Below are positions 31,408 to 40,532 of a stretch of 64,000 nt of DNA, in pieces. The translations under genes were made by a program, and so were the position numbers. Position 1 is the first letter of the stretch; every line of letters starts with the position of its first letter. Source of the DNA: Bdellovibrionales bacterium (GTDB lineage: Bacteria; Bdellovibrionota; Bdellovibrionia; Bdellovibrionales; UBA1609); contig JAWLHR010000003.1 of NCBI GenBank assembly GCA_041690295.1, positions 32,001-96,000 on the forward strand, given 5' to 3'. The notes under the pieces were generated by a model, which did not search any database, was not told the DNA's origin, and saw nothing but the letters and a program-made list of their open reading frames with translations.

Positions 31408-32061
31408 ATGGCCGGCGAACCCCGAATCAAGATCAATGAGATTTTCTTTAGTATTCAAGGTGAATCCTCATGGGTGGGGCGTCCGACCGTTTTCGTTCGC
31501 ACTTCGGGTTGTCATCTGCGTTGCACCTACTGCGACACGACTTACGCCTATCATGAAGGCGAATACATGACGCTAGATCAAATCATCGAGAAGGTCAGAA
31601 GTTACTCGGCCGAATATGTTTGTGTCACGGGCGGTGAACCGCTTTTACAAACGGGCGTCATGCAACTGATGTCGAAACTTTGTGATTTGGGGTTCCATGT
31701 TTCTTTGGAAACAAGCGGCGATAAGGACTGCACGAATGTCGATTCCCGTGTCAAAAAAATAATTGACGTGAAAACTCCTGATAGCGGCGAGGCCGGAAAG
31801 TTTGACTTCAATAATTTACGCTTTGCCGACACCGACACGGAATTCAAGTTCGTGATTTGTTCGCCGGCCGATTTCGATTGGGCGGAAGAGTTCGCGCATA
31901 AAAATAAACTTTTTGAAAAATCAAATGTTTTATACAGCCCATCATTCAAAAATACCGATCCCCGGTGGCTTGCTGAAAAAATATTAGCGTCCAAGTCAAG
32001 GGCTCGTTTGCAATTGCAGCTTCATAAATTTATTTGGCCGAATGAAGCGCGCGGTGTTTGA
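31408..32061 (+). CDS. queE: 7-carboxy-7-deazaguanine synthase (radical SAM)
   Basis: EIFFSIQGE, CHLRCTYCDT, TGGEPL and QLHK. Confidence 0.88.
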   Translation: MAGEPRIKINEIFFSIQGESSWVGRPTVFVRTSGCHLRCTYCDTTYAYHEGEYMTLDQIIEKVRSYSAEYVCVTGGEPLLQTGVMQLMSKLCDLGFHVSLETSGDKDCTNVDSRVKKIIDVKTPDSGEAGKFDFNNLRFADTDTEFKFVICSPADFDWAEEFAHKNKLFEKSNVLYSPSFKNTDPRWLAEKILASKSRARLQLQLHKFIWPNEARGV

Positions 32062-32122
32062 CCGCACTGTTCTTTTCCTTTAGATACATTGTCTCTCAAA
32101 AACAATGGGGGACATAAGAACA

Positions 32123-32428
32123 ATGAACCCGGTGGCAAACAACAACTCTGATAATCTTCTCGTAGCTAACCTGCAGACCGTGAGTCTTGAAAAGCTCGTA
32201 CGCAGCAAGCTGGAGGTCTTGTTTCAGCAACAGCAAGAAGCTCAAGTGGAACTGGACGGCCTCCATAAAATCGTTCTTGAGCAAGTGGAAAAGCCTCTGA
32301 TCGAGCTGGCCCTTCGCGTTTACAACGGTAATCAGGTCAAAACAGCCAGGATGCTAGGTATCAATCGGAATACATTAAAGAAGAAGATCGATACCTACAA
32401 AATTCGCCCCCGAAACAAACCTCAGTAA
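32123..32428 (+). CDS. Stand-alone Fis-family HTH DNA-binding protein
   Basis: VLEQVEKPLIELAL..NGNQVKTARMLGINRNTLKKKI closely parallels Fis helices B-D. Alternative start at 32105. Confidence 0.85.
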   Translation: MNPVANNNSDNLLVANLQTVSLEKLVRSKLEVLFQQQQEAQVELDGLHKIVLEQVEKPLIELALRVYNGNQVKTARMLGINRNTLKKKIDTYKIRPRNKPQ

Positions 32429-32588
32429 TAGCCTTTAAAAATTCAAGCTCCGTGACAAGCGCTGTGGCAATTTCAAAGAGTGCTAGGATCGGAGCCGATT
32501 TTGTGGTGTGATTCAGGTATAGTTACGGCATCGGCGGGTCATCGTAGTTCTACAGCTTGTCTAAGACCCGCTTTTTATTTGGGTGCAC

Positions 32589-34007
32589 ATGGATAATCGG
32601 TTACCTCCTCAGAATATTGACGCCGAGAAGTCTATTCTTGGCGGATTGATGTTGGAACAGGAGGCTTGGGATGAAGTTTCCGAGCTCCTGATCGAGGATG
32701 ATTTCTATAAACCAGCGCATAAAAAGATTTTCGCCGCCATACGGGAACTTCACCGGCGTGAAATGCCATCCGACCTGGTCACCGTTTCCAACCTTTTAAT
32801 GGAAAAGGGTGAACTCGAAAGTGTCGGCGGAGCCGTTTATCTGGCTGAAATGATCGATCAAACACCGTCCACGGCGAACATCGGTTCTTACGCCAAGATC
32901 GTTCAAGAAAAGTCCCTGCTTCGCAAAGTGATCCAGGCCGGCCAGGAGTTCGTTGAGAAAGCTTACAATCAAGATTTCGAGAACATGGATTCCTTTCTGG
33001 ATGGAATCGAAGCCAGGGTCTTTCAACTGGCGGAAAACAAATCCTCGGTGGGTTTGGTGGACGCCAGCGAATTGGTGAAGGTGAGTCTGGAAAAAATCGA
33101 AAGCCTTTATTCCAATCAACTCGCGGTGACCGGGGTCCCATCTGGCTTTACCGAACTGGATGAATTGACGGCCGGTTTTCACCCGGGAGAGCTGATCATC
33201 CTCGCGGCCCGTCCCTCAATGGGGAAAACCGCTTTATCATTGAACATCGCCATGCACGCCGCTTTGAAAGAAAAGAAGAAAGTGGCTTACTTCTCGGTGG
33301 AGATGGGTAAAGAGCAGGTGATGATTCGGATGCTGGCCAGTACGGCGAAGATCCGATTGAGTGATCTGCGAATCGGTAAGATCGATGATCAGGCCTGGCC
33401 GCGATTGATTAACACCGCGGCCGCCGTGAGTGAATCCGGGCTTTTCATTGACGATACATCCGGCATTTCACCGTTTGATATCCGCGCGAAAGTGCGGCGG
33501 ATGAAAGCCAAACACGGCCTGGATATGATCATGATCGACTATCTTCAGTTGATGTCGATGAAACAGAAATTCGAAAACCGCGAGCGCGAAGTTTCGGAGA
33601 TTTCAAAATTGCTCAAATCGGTGGCGAAGGAGCTTGAGGTTCCGGTCATCGCTCTGGCCCAGTTGAATCGCGGCGTGGAAGGCCGGTCCGATCGCCGACC
33701 CATGCTTTCCGACCTGCGCGAATCGGGCTCCATCGAACAGGACGCCGACGTGATTATGATGATCTATCGGGAAGATTATTACGATCGCGACAATCCGGAA
33801 ATTAAAGGCATCGCCGAAGTCATCGTCGCCAAGCAACGGAACGGGCCGACCGACACGGTTAAACTTCGCTGGGTTCCGGAATATGGCTTATTTGATAACT
33901 TGATCCGCGGACCTGAAGCACCCATGCCCGACGGTCCCCATCCGCCGCCTGTTCGCCGCCCCTCAGGCAAACCCATGAATTTCGCGCCCGGCGCCGGTAA
34001 TGCTTAA
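32589..34007 (+). CDS. dnaB: Replicative DNA helicase
   Basis: PPQNIDAE, AARPSMGKT, IDYLQLM, DLRESGSIEQDAD and KQRNGP; Pro-rich C-tail. Confidence 0.98.
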   Translation: MDNRLPPQNIDAEKSILGGLMLEQEAWDEVSELLIEDDFYKPAHKKIFAAIRELHRREMPSDLVTVSNLLMEKGELESVGGAVYLAEMIDQTPSTANIGSYAKIVQEKSLLRKVIQAGQEFVEKAYNQDFENMDSFLDGIEARVFQLAENKSSVGLVDASELVKVSLEKIESLYSNQLAVTGVPSGFTELDELTAGFHPGELIILAARPSMGKTALSLNIAMHAALKEKKKVAYFSVEMGKEQVMIRMLASTAKIRLSDLRIGKIDDQAWPRLINTAAAVSESGLFIDDTSGISPFDIRAKVRRMKAKHGLDMIMIDYLQLMSMKQKFENREREVSEISKLLKSVAKELEVPVIALAQLNRGVEGRSDRRPMLSDLRESGSIEQDADVIMMIYREDYYDRDNPEIKGIAEVIVAKQRNGPTDTVKLRWVPEYGLFDNLIRGPEAPMPDGPHPPPVRRPSGKPMNFAPGAGNA

Positions 34008-34105
34008 GATCACGACGTTAGACCAATTCCGTCTCAATGAACCTTACATTCCTCTAACCGATTTGATGCAATTTTACTGTCTAAGAACACGATCCAGGAG
34101 GGATC

Positions 34106-34306
34106 ATGGACGGCTTGAGTCTATTACGTCTATTGATTGAAGCCACGGGACTTCCACCTGAGTCCATGGAACGTGAACTCAGGCGGGTGATTGAAGAAAA
34201 CGGTCTCGATGTAAAAACGCTGACGCTGGATCAGGTGCGTGAGGTGATGGCGACTTACCTGCAGGATGTCCTGGTCGAGGCCAAAGACAACCTGCGGGTG
34301 GTTTAA
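34106..34306 (+). CDS. Small acidic helical hypothetical protein
   Basis: Strong SD AGGAGG; 66 aa. Its stop abuts the rplI stop with no gap. Confidence 0.7.
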   Translation: MDGLSLLRLLIEATGLPPESMERELRRVIEENGLDVKTLTLDQVREVMATYLQDVLVEAKDNLRVV

Positions 34307-34753
34307 TTAAGCTTTCTCAACAACGATCGTCAGCTCGGCCTCGAGTCCTTCACCCATGCGAACGAAGGCCTTATGTTGGCCGAGAATTTTGATCTGCTCT
34401 TCCAAATAGATATCTCTTTTGTCCACTTCAAAACCATGGGTTTCAAGCGCCTTGGAGATGTCCATGGTTGTCACCGAACCGAATAATTTTTCTGAATCGG
34501 CGGCCGCTTCCATTTTGAAGTTCAGAGTCAGGCCTTGCATCTTCTGGATCAATTCCTGGCGTCCCGCCATGGCCTTTTTCTTTTTAATCTCGGCCACCTT
34601 TTTAAGGTGATTCCACTCACTCACTCTGTTTTCCGTCGCGAGCACCGCAAGCCGGCGCGGAAACAGAAAATTGCGTGCATATCCCTGCTTCACATTGACC
34701 AGGTCGCCAACCTTTCCCAGATTCTTGACGTCCTTTTGTAAAATCACCTTCAT
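34307..34753 (-). CDS. rplI: 50S ribosomal protein L9
   Basis: [37 protein letters not shown]. Confidence 0.98.
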   Translation of the reverse strand: MKVILQKDVKNLGKVGDLVNVKQGYARNFLFPRRLAVLATENRVSEWNHLKKVAEIKKKKAMAGRQELIQKMQGLTLNFKMEAAADSEKLFGSVTTMDISKALETHGFEVDKRDIYLEEQIKILGQHKAFVRMGEGLEAELTIVVEKA

Positions 34754-34769
34754 AACACCCTCTCTTTCT

Positions 34770-35675
34770 TCAAACTTCGCTATTAAATTCCTGAGGACGC
34801 TTGTCCAAGCGCGCCCTAAAATTAAACCAATAATCGATCAAGCCCAGCAGGCTGACGAATAAAAACAAGTGAACGATCACCAGAACCATGAAAATGAGCT
34901 GCCAAAAAGGACCCATTTTCAAGCGCTCAAAAAATCGCGCCACCACGGCTATTCCTTGGAAAAAGAACAGGACGAAGCTCACGTTCAGCACATTTATGCT
35001 AACCGGCTCAACGATGTTCTTATCAAAGCCGCCAAAGGCTCCGAGCAACGCGAGAATAAAACCCCAGACCACAACATCGGGCATCCTGAGCTGCATGAGC
35101 TGGGCACGCATAGTCGGCCGCTCGGCATTTTCCGTGGCCGTCTTTTTTGCCGGCTCCAAGCGTCCTTCAAGGAGAACCGCAAGGTATAAAGACGACATCC
35201 AGAGAATCAGCGCGATCGATGGGATCTGAAGGACCAAATCCATCGCCTGAATTTGCATATTGTTTCCCATCTGTGGGAGCAACTTCAACAAACTGTCGAT
35301 CCCCGCCAATATCTGCGATAACCATTTCGGTCCCACGCGGGAAACCCAAAGCGCGAAGGCACCACCACTGATCAACGAACTGATGAGCAGGGTGAAAAAA
35401 GCGCTCCAGAGGAAATTCAGGCCCAACTCTTCGAGCTCGCAAAAAACTCCAACGAGAATCACCAAACTTAAAAAGGCGATCCCCAGAGGAAGGGTTTTCG
35501 CGCTCAAGCAGAAGGCGAGCGCGATCAAGCCGCTCCATGCCCAGTAAATCGCACGGCCATGTTTGGCGCGCAAAATTCTAAGCGACACCGAACCTAACAC
35601 GTAGGTCAGAGCCGTCATGAAAACGGCCCAAAACGTGTAGAAAATGAAGCGTGTGACCCGTTGGCTTTGTGACAT
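34770..35675 (-). CDS. DUF2232/YybS-like membrane protein
   Basis: Multi-TM; FFQG and [11 protein letters not shown] motifs; canonical position before rplI. Confidence 0.85.
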   Translation of the reverse strand: MSQSQRVTRFIFYTFWAVFMTALTYVLGSVSLRILRAKHGRAIYWAWSGLIALAFCLSAKTLPLGIAFLSLVILVGVFCELEELGLNFLWSAFFTLLISSLISGGAFALWVSRVGPKWLSQILAGIDSLLKLLPQMGNNMQIQAMDLVLQIPSIALILWMSSLYLAVLLEGRLEPAKKTATENAERPTMRAQLMQLRMPDVVVWGFILALLGAFGGFDKNIVEPVSINVLNVSFVLFFFQGIAVVARFFERLKMGPFWQLIFMVLVIVHLFLFVSLLGLIDYWFNFRARLDKRPQEFNSEV

Positions 35676-35683
35676 CGTCCGTC

Positions 35684-36127
35684 TTATGCGCGAGCGCGAG
35701 CCGCTTCACTGCGGGCGGCTTTGCGCTGTTGGCTTTTGATTTCACGTTCACGTTCGCGATTCGCCGTCTCAGCCAAAGCATCTTTGAATTTCTCAACAAA
35801 CTTGGGAAGGCTGATCCGGTCATCCAATCGGGTGTGTTGGAAACGCAGGACCTTGTCATTGATCCGCATCGTGCGCTCCAACTCGTGAATCGAGTCACCA
35901 GTGGCTTCAAAAGTCATATGGAAATAATTGCCGCGAGCCAGACGTTTAATGGGATTACCCAACTTACGTTTGCCCCACGTATCCAGGTGATTGATCTTTC
36001 CGTTAAAAGACTGAATGGTTTCGCGAGTTTTACGGAAAAACGCCTTTTGCTCTTCTTCAGAAGCATCCGGGTGTAAAATCACGACCAATTCGTATTTACG
36101 CAGTACTTTTGAGCTGGTTCCAGCCAT
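35684..36127 (-). CDS. rpsF: 30S ribosomal protein S6
   Basis: RKYELVVILHP, WGKRKL..PI and INDKVLR; charged helical C-extension. SD AAGGA before ATG 36127. Confidence 0.93.
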   Translation of the reverse strand: MAGTSSKVLRKYELVVILHPDASEEEQKAFFRKTRETIQSFNGKINHLDTWGKRKLGNPIKRLARGNYFHMTFEATGDSIHELERTMRINDKVLRFQHTRLDDRISLPKFVEKFKDALAETANREREREIKSQQRKAARSEAARARA

Positions 36128-36268
36128 TCGGACATCCTTTCGGTTAAAAGCCCCGGCCTTTGGGCGGAGCAAGGAATTTACTAAAGACTAAGCGTTTAGC
36201 ATGGGAGGCTCCCGCCGGACAAGCGAAAGCCGGACTTTCTCCTCTACCGGAATGTATGGGAAAATCGA

Positions 36269-36985
36269 ATGGTTATGAAAATTGCTCTAAAGGCGGTTGA
36301 AGGGCCCTTGGCCGGTCAGATTTTCCCCATTGAGAAGCCCATGACGATCGGTCGCCAGGGCGATATCGCCCTCGATGATATAAAGATCTCCAGCCTCCAT
36401 GCCCGAATCGAGCCAGCGAAAGACGGTCAATTTTTGCTGATCGACAATGATTCGAAGAACGGAATTACCGTCAATAATCAAAAAATCCAGTCAATTCAGT
36501 TGGATCCCGGCCTGGTGTTCACTATCGGCAGCTCAAGCTTTGAGGTCATCAAAGTCGCTACAGCCGCGGCCCCCGCGGCCTCTTCCCCCGCGAAACCGCG
36601 ATCTGAGCGCAAATCCTGGTATCAGATTTTGGCTGACTTTCTAACCACCCATCAAAACGTATTCGAAGACCGAGCCCTGCCCTTGGTTCCGCTCCGGCCC
36701 GCGCTGGTCCTTGAGTTCGTGCGCGGCTTACAAATGAATTCCAAATGGGTCATCGGCTATGGACCGCGCAAGCTGGGCTCCGCGAGCATTGATCTTCCCA
36801 TCTGGGAACCGGATGCCCCCAAGGTGTGCTTCGAAATTCATCCCACGGCCGACGGCATTCTGTTCAAAACCGCCCACCCCGACATCGTGCAGTTGAACCA
36901 GCAATCGGTGGACAGCCGTATTCTCCGTATGGGAGACACAATTACAATCAATGAAACATTGATCGAGGTGGATTTCACGGAATGA
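36269..36985 (+). CDS. FHA domain protein (intact N-terminal FHA plus degenerate second FHA)
   Basis: IGR, SSLH and SKNG phospho-Thr-binding residues; second beta domain ends LRMGDTI. Confidence 0.85.
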   Translation: MVMKIALKAVEGPLAGQIFPIEKPMTIGRQGDIALDDIKISSLHARIEPAKDGQFLLIDNDSKNGITVNNQKIQSIQLDPGLVFTIGSSSFEVIKVATAAAPAASSPAKPRSERKSWYQILADFLTTHQNVFEDRALPLVPLRPALVLEFVRGLQMNSKWVIGYGPRKLGSASIDLPIWEPDAPKVCFEIHPTADGILFKTAHPDIVQLNQQSVDSRILRMGDTITINETLIEVDFTE

Positions 36986-37884
36986 GTCTTGTGCCGAAAA
37001 CAACCGGTTCCTTCCGCAGCTTCGATGGAACCCGGATTTATTACGAAGTGCGCGGCGAGGGCTTGCCGATCGTGCTCAACTACGGGATCGGCTGTCTGTT
37101 GAACCACTGGCGCCATCAGATCAAATACTTTTCTCAGAACTACAAAGTGATCGCCTATGATTACCGGGCCCACCACCGCTCGGAAATTCCCGAGGACCGG
37201 GGCCAGCTCACAATCGATGCGCTGGCCGAAGACTTAAAAGCGCTTCTTGATCATCTTGAGATTCAAAAAGCCAGCCTCTGGGGTCACAGCTTCGGCGTGC
37301 AAATGCTCGTGCGGCATTACGATCTTTTTTCCACTTTCGCGCACAGTTTGGTCTTCATTAACGGATTCGTGAGAAATCCATTGCAGGGAATGTTCGGCAG
37401 CGAGATCACCAGTTCCATTTTCAATGTGATCAAGTCGGGATATCAGGTTTTGCCTGAGACGATTTCCTATGTTTTTCGGCAATCCGTGCAAAACCCGCTG
37501 GCCATTCAATTGAGCGCGCTGGCCGGCGGATTCAATTTACAGTTAACAAGTCTTAAAGACATTGAGATTTACGCTCGCGGCATGGCTTCAATGGACTTGA
37601 ATTCCTTTTTGCAACTTTTCGAATCCATGCTCAATTACGACGGCCGGCCCGTCTTGAACCGCATTCAGGTGCCCACGATCATCATCGGCGGAATGAAAGA
37701 TTCCGTGACGCCGCAAAAGCATCAAGAGGACCTTCACCACGCCATCAAAGGCAGTGAGTTCTTTATGGTTCCCTACGGATCCCATTGCACTCAGCTCGAT
37801 ATGCCGGAATTGGTGAATTTGAAAATCGAGCGCTTTTTGCAGTCGGTGAAACAAAAAAACCCCGCCGATGAGGCGGGGTCTTAG
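36982..37884 (+). CDS. Alpha/beta-fold hydrolase
   Basis: GHSFG nucleophile elbow, Asp in GMKDS, His in GSHC. ATGA overlap with the FHA gene. Confidence 0.9.
   Translation: MSLVPKTTGSFRSFDGTRIYYEVRGEGLPIVLNYGIGCLLNHWRHQIKYFSQNYKVIAYDYRAHHRSEIPEDRGQLTIDALAEDLKALLDHLEIQKASLWGHSFGVQMLVRHYDLFSTFAHSLVFINGFVRNPLQGMFGSEITSSIFNVIKSGYQVLPETISYVFRQSVQNPLAIQLSALAGGFNLQLTSLKDIEIYARGMASMDLNSFLQLFESMLNYDGRPVLNRIQVPTIIIGGMKDSVTPQKHQEDLHHAIKGSEFFMVPYGSHCTQLDMPELVNLKIERFLQSVKQKNPADEAGS
37853..37879 (-). terminator. Intrinsic terminator of the protease gene, embedded in the hydrolase 3' end
   Basis: Minus strand ACCCCGCC-TCATC-GGCGGGG-TTTTTTT. Confidence 0.75.
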
Positions 37885-37904
37885 ATTACTAATTTTAATC
37901 TCAA

Positions 37905-39542
37905 TTACTTGTAAGCGATGCCACTGATGTCAAAGCCGTATCGTTGCACGCTGCCATCGGTGCGGAAAGTGATCACAACCGTGTCACCATCAATCGTCGG
38001 GCCAAAAGTTTCGCCTTGGTTGCCGCTCAGAGTGCCGTAAACTTTTCCGTCGGCATCGGTGAAGGTCACCACGTCATAACCACGTTCCGTCTCGAACTTC
38101 GAGAAGTAAACCGCCACTTTGGTCGCACCGGGTACCGTGAACGTCCAAGTTTGCGTGAAGTTGTCCTCGTACGGATGGTCGGTGGAAACTTCCTCAGTCA
38201 TCTTTTGCCAATAGAACGGATCGTCGAGATCGATCGGCGCCACTTGGTTGGTCAACGCGTAGTAAGCGTTGAGCAATCCCGATTGGACTTTGTTACGCAA
38301 AGTCGCCATCGGACGAGCGGACGCCATCATTCGATTCTTCAGCACGTCATAGGTTTGCTCCATATCTTGCGAAAGCAAGAGAGCCGCCACGCCGGACACA
38401 TGGGGTGCGGCCATCGAGGTACCAGACCAGCTTTCAAGACCGTTTTTGGTGTAGCTCAAAATGTTCGCGCCGGGGGCCGCGATATGCGCGCCGACTCTTC
38501 CATAGTTGGAAAAGCTGGCCAGGGCACCGGTGGGTTCGATCGCCGCCACGGCCATGACATTTTCAACCTCATAGCTCGCCGGATAAGTGGGAGTCTGATC
38601 AAGGTTCGAACCGTTGTTACCGGCCGCCGCGACAAAGAGAATTCCCGCGTCGCGAGCCCGCACGATCGATTCATACAGAGCCTGCGAGTAACCGCCGCCG
38701 CCCCATGAGTTGTTCATGATGTGCGCGCCCATGGTTGTCGCGTAGTCGATCGCTTTGATCGCATCGGCGAGGCTACCGCCACCGCTGTTACCCAAGAAAC
38801 GAACCGGAAGGATTCTCACATTCCAAGCGACACCAACTACGCCGAGTCCGTTATTGGCCGAGGCGCCGATCGTTCCCGAAACGTGGGTTCCATGACCGTG
38901 TCCATCTTGCGGATCACCATCGTTGGCCGAGAAGTCACAACCATGGATGTCGTCAATGCAACCATTCCCGTCATCGTCAACACCAGGCTCACCATTCAAT
39001 TCCGCTTCATTGACGAAAATGTTGGCGGCGAGATCGGGATTTTCATAATCAACACCCGTGTCGATCACGGCCACGATAACTTCTTTGGAACCGGTTTCCA
39101 CGGCCCAAGCTTTATCGGCATCGATGTCGACATCGGCCTTACCGGTGATATCGCCCATGTCGCCGTTGGTGCCCTGACCATCATTGATGAGGCCCCAGAG
39201 GCGTCCCAATTCCGGATCGTTCGGAAGCTGATCGGCGCTACCGATGATGTGATAGATGAAGTTGGGTTCGGCGTACTCGATGAGCGGGTTGTTATTCAGT
39301 GTCTGAAGCGCGTTGGATCGCGTTTCGATCACCGGGCGTTGCGCGAGTACCAACCCGTGTTTCGCGTTAATCACACTCACCTTACCCAAGCTGTTGAGTG
39401 AGGAGGGATTCGAAGCGAGCACTGCCGCATTTTTCAGCTTCACGACATACTCGCCCGGAACCGCGGGGAATTCATTCGCAACAGCCGAAGAAGAAAACAA
39501 CATGAGGGCGATGACCGCCCCTAAGAGTCGTCCATGAGTCAT
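37905..39542 (-). CDS. Secreted S8 subtilisin-like protease with C-terminal CUB domain
   Basis: Signal peptide and propeptide. VIDTG, HGTHVSG and GTSMAAP triad. CUB-like HPY....WT...F..FETE.GYD....F.TDGS..RYGF. SD GGAGG. Confidence 0.92.
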   Translation of the reverse strand: MTHGRLLGAVIALMLFSSSAVANEFPAVPGEYVVKLKNAAVLASNPSSLNSLGKVSVINAKHGLVLAQRPVIETRSNALQTLNNNPLIEYAEPNFIYHIIGSADQLPNDPELGRLWGLINDGQGTNGDMGDITGKADVDIDADKAWAVETGSKEVIVAVIDTGVDYENPDLAANIFVNEAELNGEPGVDDDGNGCIDDIHGCDFSANDGDPQDGHGHGTHVSGTIGASANNGLGVVGVAWNVRILPVRFLGNSGGGSLADAIKAIDYATTMGAHIMNNSWGGGGYSQALYESIVRARDAGILFVAAAGNNGSNLDQTPTYPASYEVENVMAVAAIEPTGALASFSNYGRVGAHIAAPGANILSYTKNGLESWSGTSMAAPHVSGVAALLLSQDMEQTYDVLKNRMMASARPMATLRNKVQSGLLNAYYALTNQVAPIDLDDPFYWQKMTEEVSTDHPYEDNFTQTWTFTVPGATKVAVYFSKFETERGYDVVTFTDADGKVYGTLSGNQGETFGPTIDGDTVVITFRTDGSVQRYGFDISGIAYK

Positions 39543-39677
39543 TGGGCCTCCGCTCATCTTTGAGCAAAAAATTTTTGTGACTTTGGTCAGTCGTGCTAAC
39601 CAGTTCCAAAATGGTACCAAGGCCTAGCAACTAAGCAAGTTATTTTTACAGACTGAAGTCGCTCGACTTACGTCTAA

Positions 39678-39708
39678 TGTGGATAAGTCTGTGGGTTGAT
39701 GTTCATAA
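39678..39708. promoter_or_regulatory. Cluster of tandem DnaA boxes outside oriC
   Basis: TGTGGATAA (perfect, 39678), TGTGGGTTG (39690, 3 mismatches) and TGTTCATAA (39700, 1 mismatch), all in the same orientation. Confidence 0.55.
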
Positions 39709-39783
39709 CTATCTACTGGTGGTACGAGACTAAGGGCGTAACCCTAGATCTAGGGATGGTAATGCTTAATCAAGCAGCAGATG

Positions 39784-40521
39784 TTAAATCGATGATTTTA
39801 GATAATCCCGATTCATCAAAGCGATGACATCCTGTCCTATTTCTTTTGGACACACCGCCGAACAAGCTCCGGTGTTGGTGCAGCCACCAAAACCTTCCGC
39901 ATCCATTTGCGCCACCATACGCTGAGCCCGCTGATCACGTTCAGCTTGTCCCTGAGGAAGCATTGCCAGATGCGCGATCTTGGCGCCGACAAAAAGCGAA
40001 GCTGAAGCATTTTTGCAAACGGCCACACAAGCGCCGCAGCCGATGCATGCAGCGGCACCGAAGGCTTTATCCGCATTTGGTTTGGGTACGGGCAATGTAT
40101 TCGCATCCGGCGCGGCACCCGTATTCACACTGATGAATCCGCCCGCTTGCTGAATGCGATCAAACGCTGAACGATCAACGACCAAGTCTTTAATCACCGG
40201 AAAGGCGCGCGCACGGAACGGTTCAATGATGATCGTGTCGCCATCCTTAAAACGGCGCATGTACAATTCACATGTGGTGGTGGCGCGATCCGGTCCGTGG
40301 GGATTACCGTTGATCACCATTGAACAGGACCCGCAAATTCCTTCGCGACAATCGTGATCAAATTCAACCGGCTCCTGACCTTGATGAATCAACTGCTCAT
40401 TCACAACATCCATCATTTCAAGAAAAGACATATCCGGACTCACATCTTTGACGTCGAAGTCCATGAAATGTCCTTTGTCCTGAGGTCCGGCCTGGCGCCA
40501 AATTTTTAAATGAAAATTCAT
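39784..40521 (-). CDS. sdhB: Succinate dehydrogenase/fumarate reductase Fe-S subunit
   Basis: [16 protein letters not shown]...C and CTNTGAC...CPK clusters. Confidence 0.95.
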   Translation of the reverse strand: MNFHLKIWRQAGPQDKGHFMDFDVKDVSPDMSFLEMMDVVNEQLIHQGQEPVEFDHDCREGICGSCSMVINGNPHGPDRATTTCELYMRRFKDGDTIIIEPFRARAFPVIKDLVVDRSAFDRIQQAGGFISVNTGAAPDANTLPVPKPNADKAFGAAACIGCGACVAVCKNASASLFVGAKIAHLAMLPQGQAERDQRAQRMVAQMDAEGFGGCTNTGACSAVCPKEIGQDVIALMNRDYLKSSI

Positions 40522-40532
40522 CTTCCTTACAC

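Noticed and set aside
39590..39635. Sigma-54 promoter for the subtilisin gene
   Set aside because: The candidate GG...GC spacings are off by one on both strands.
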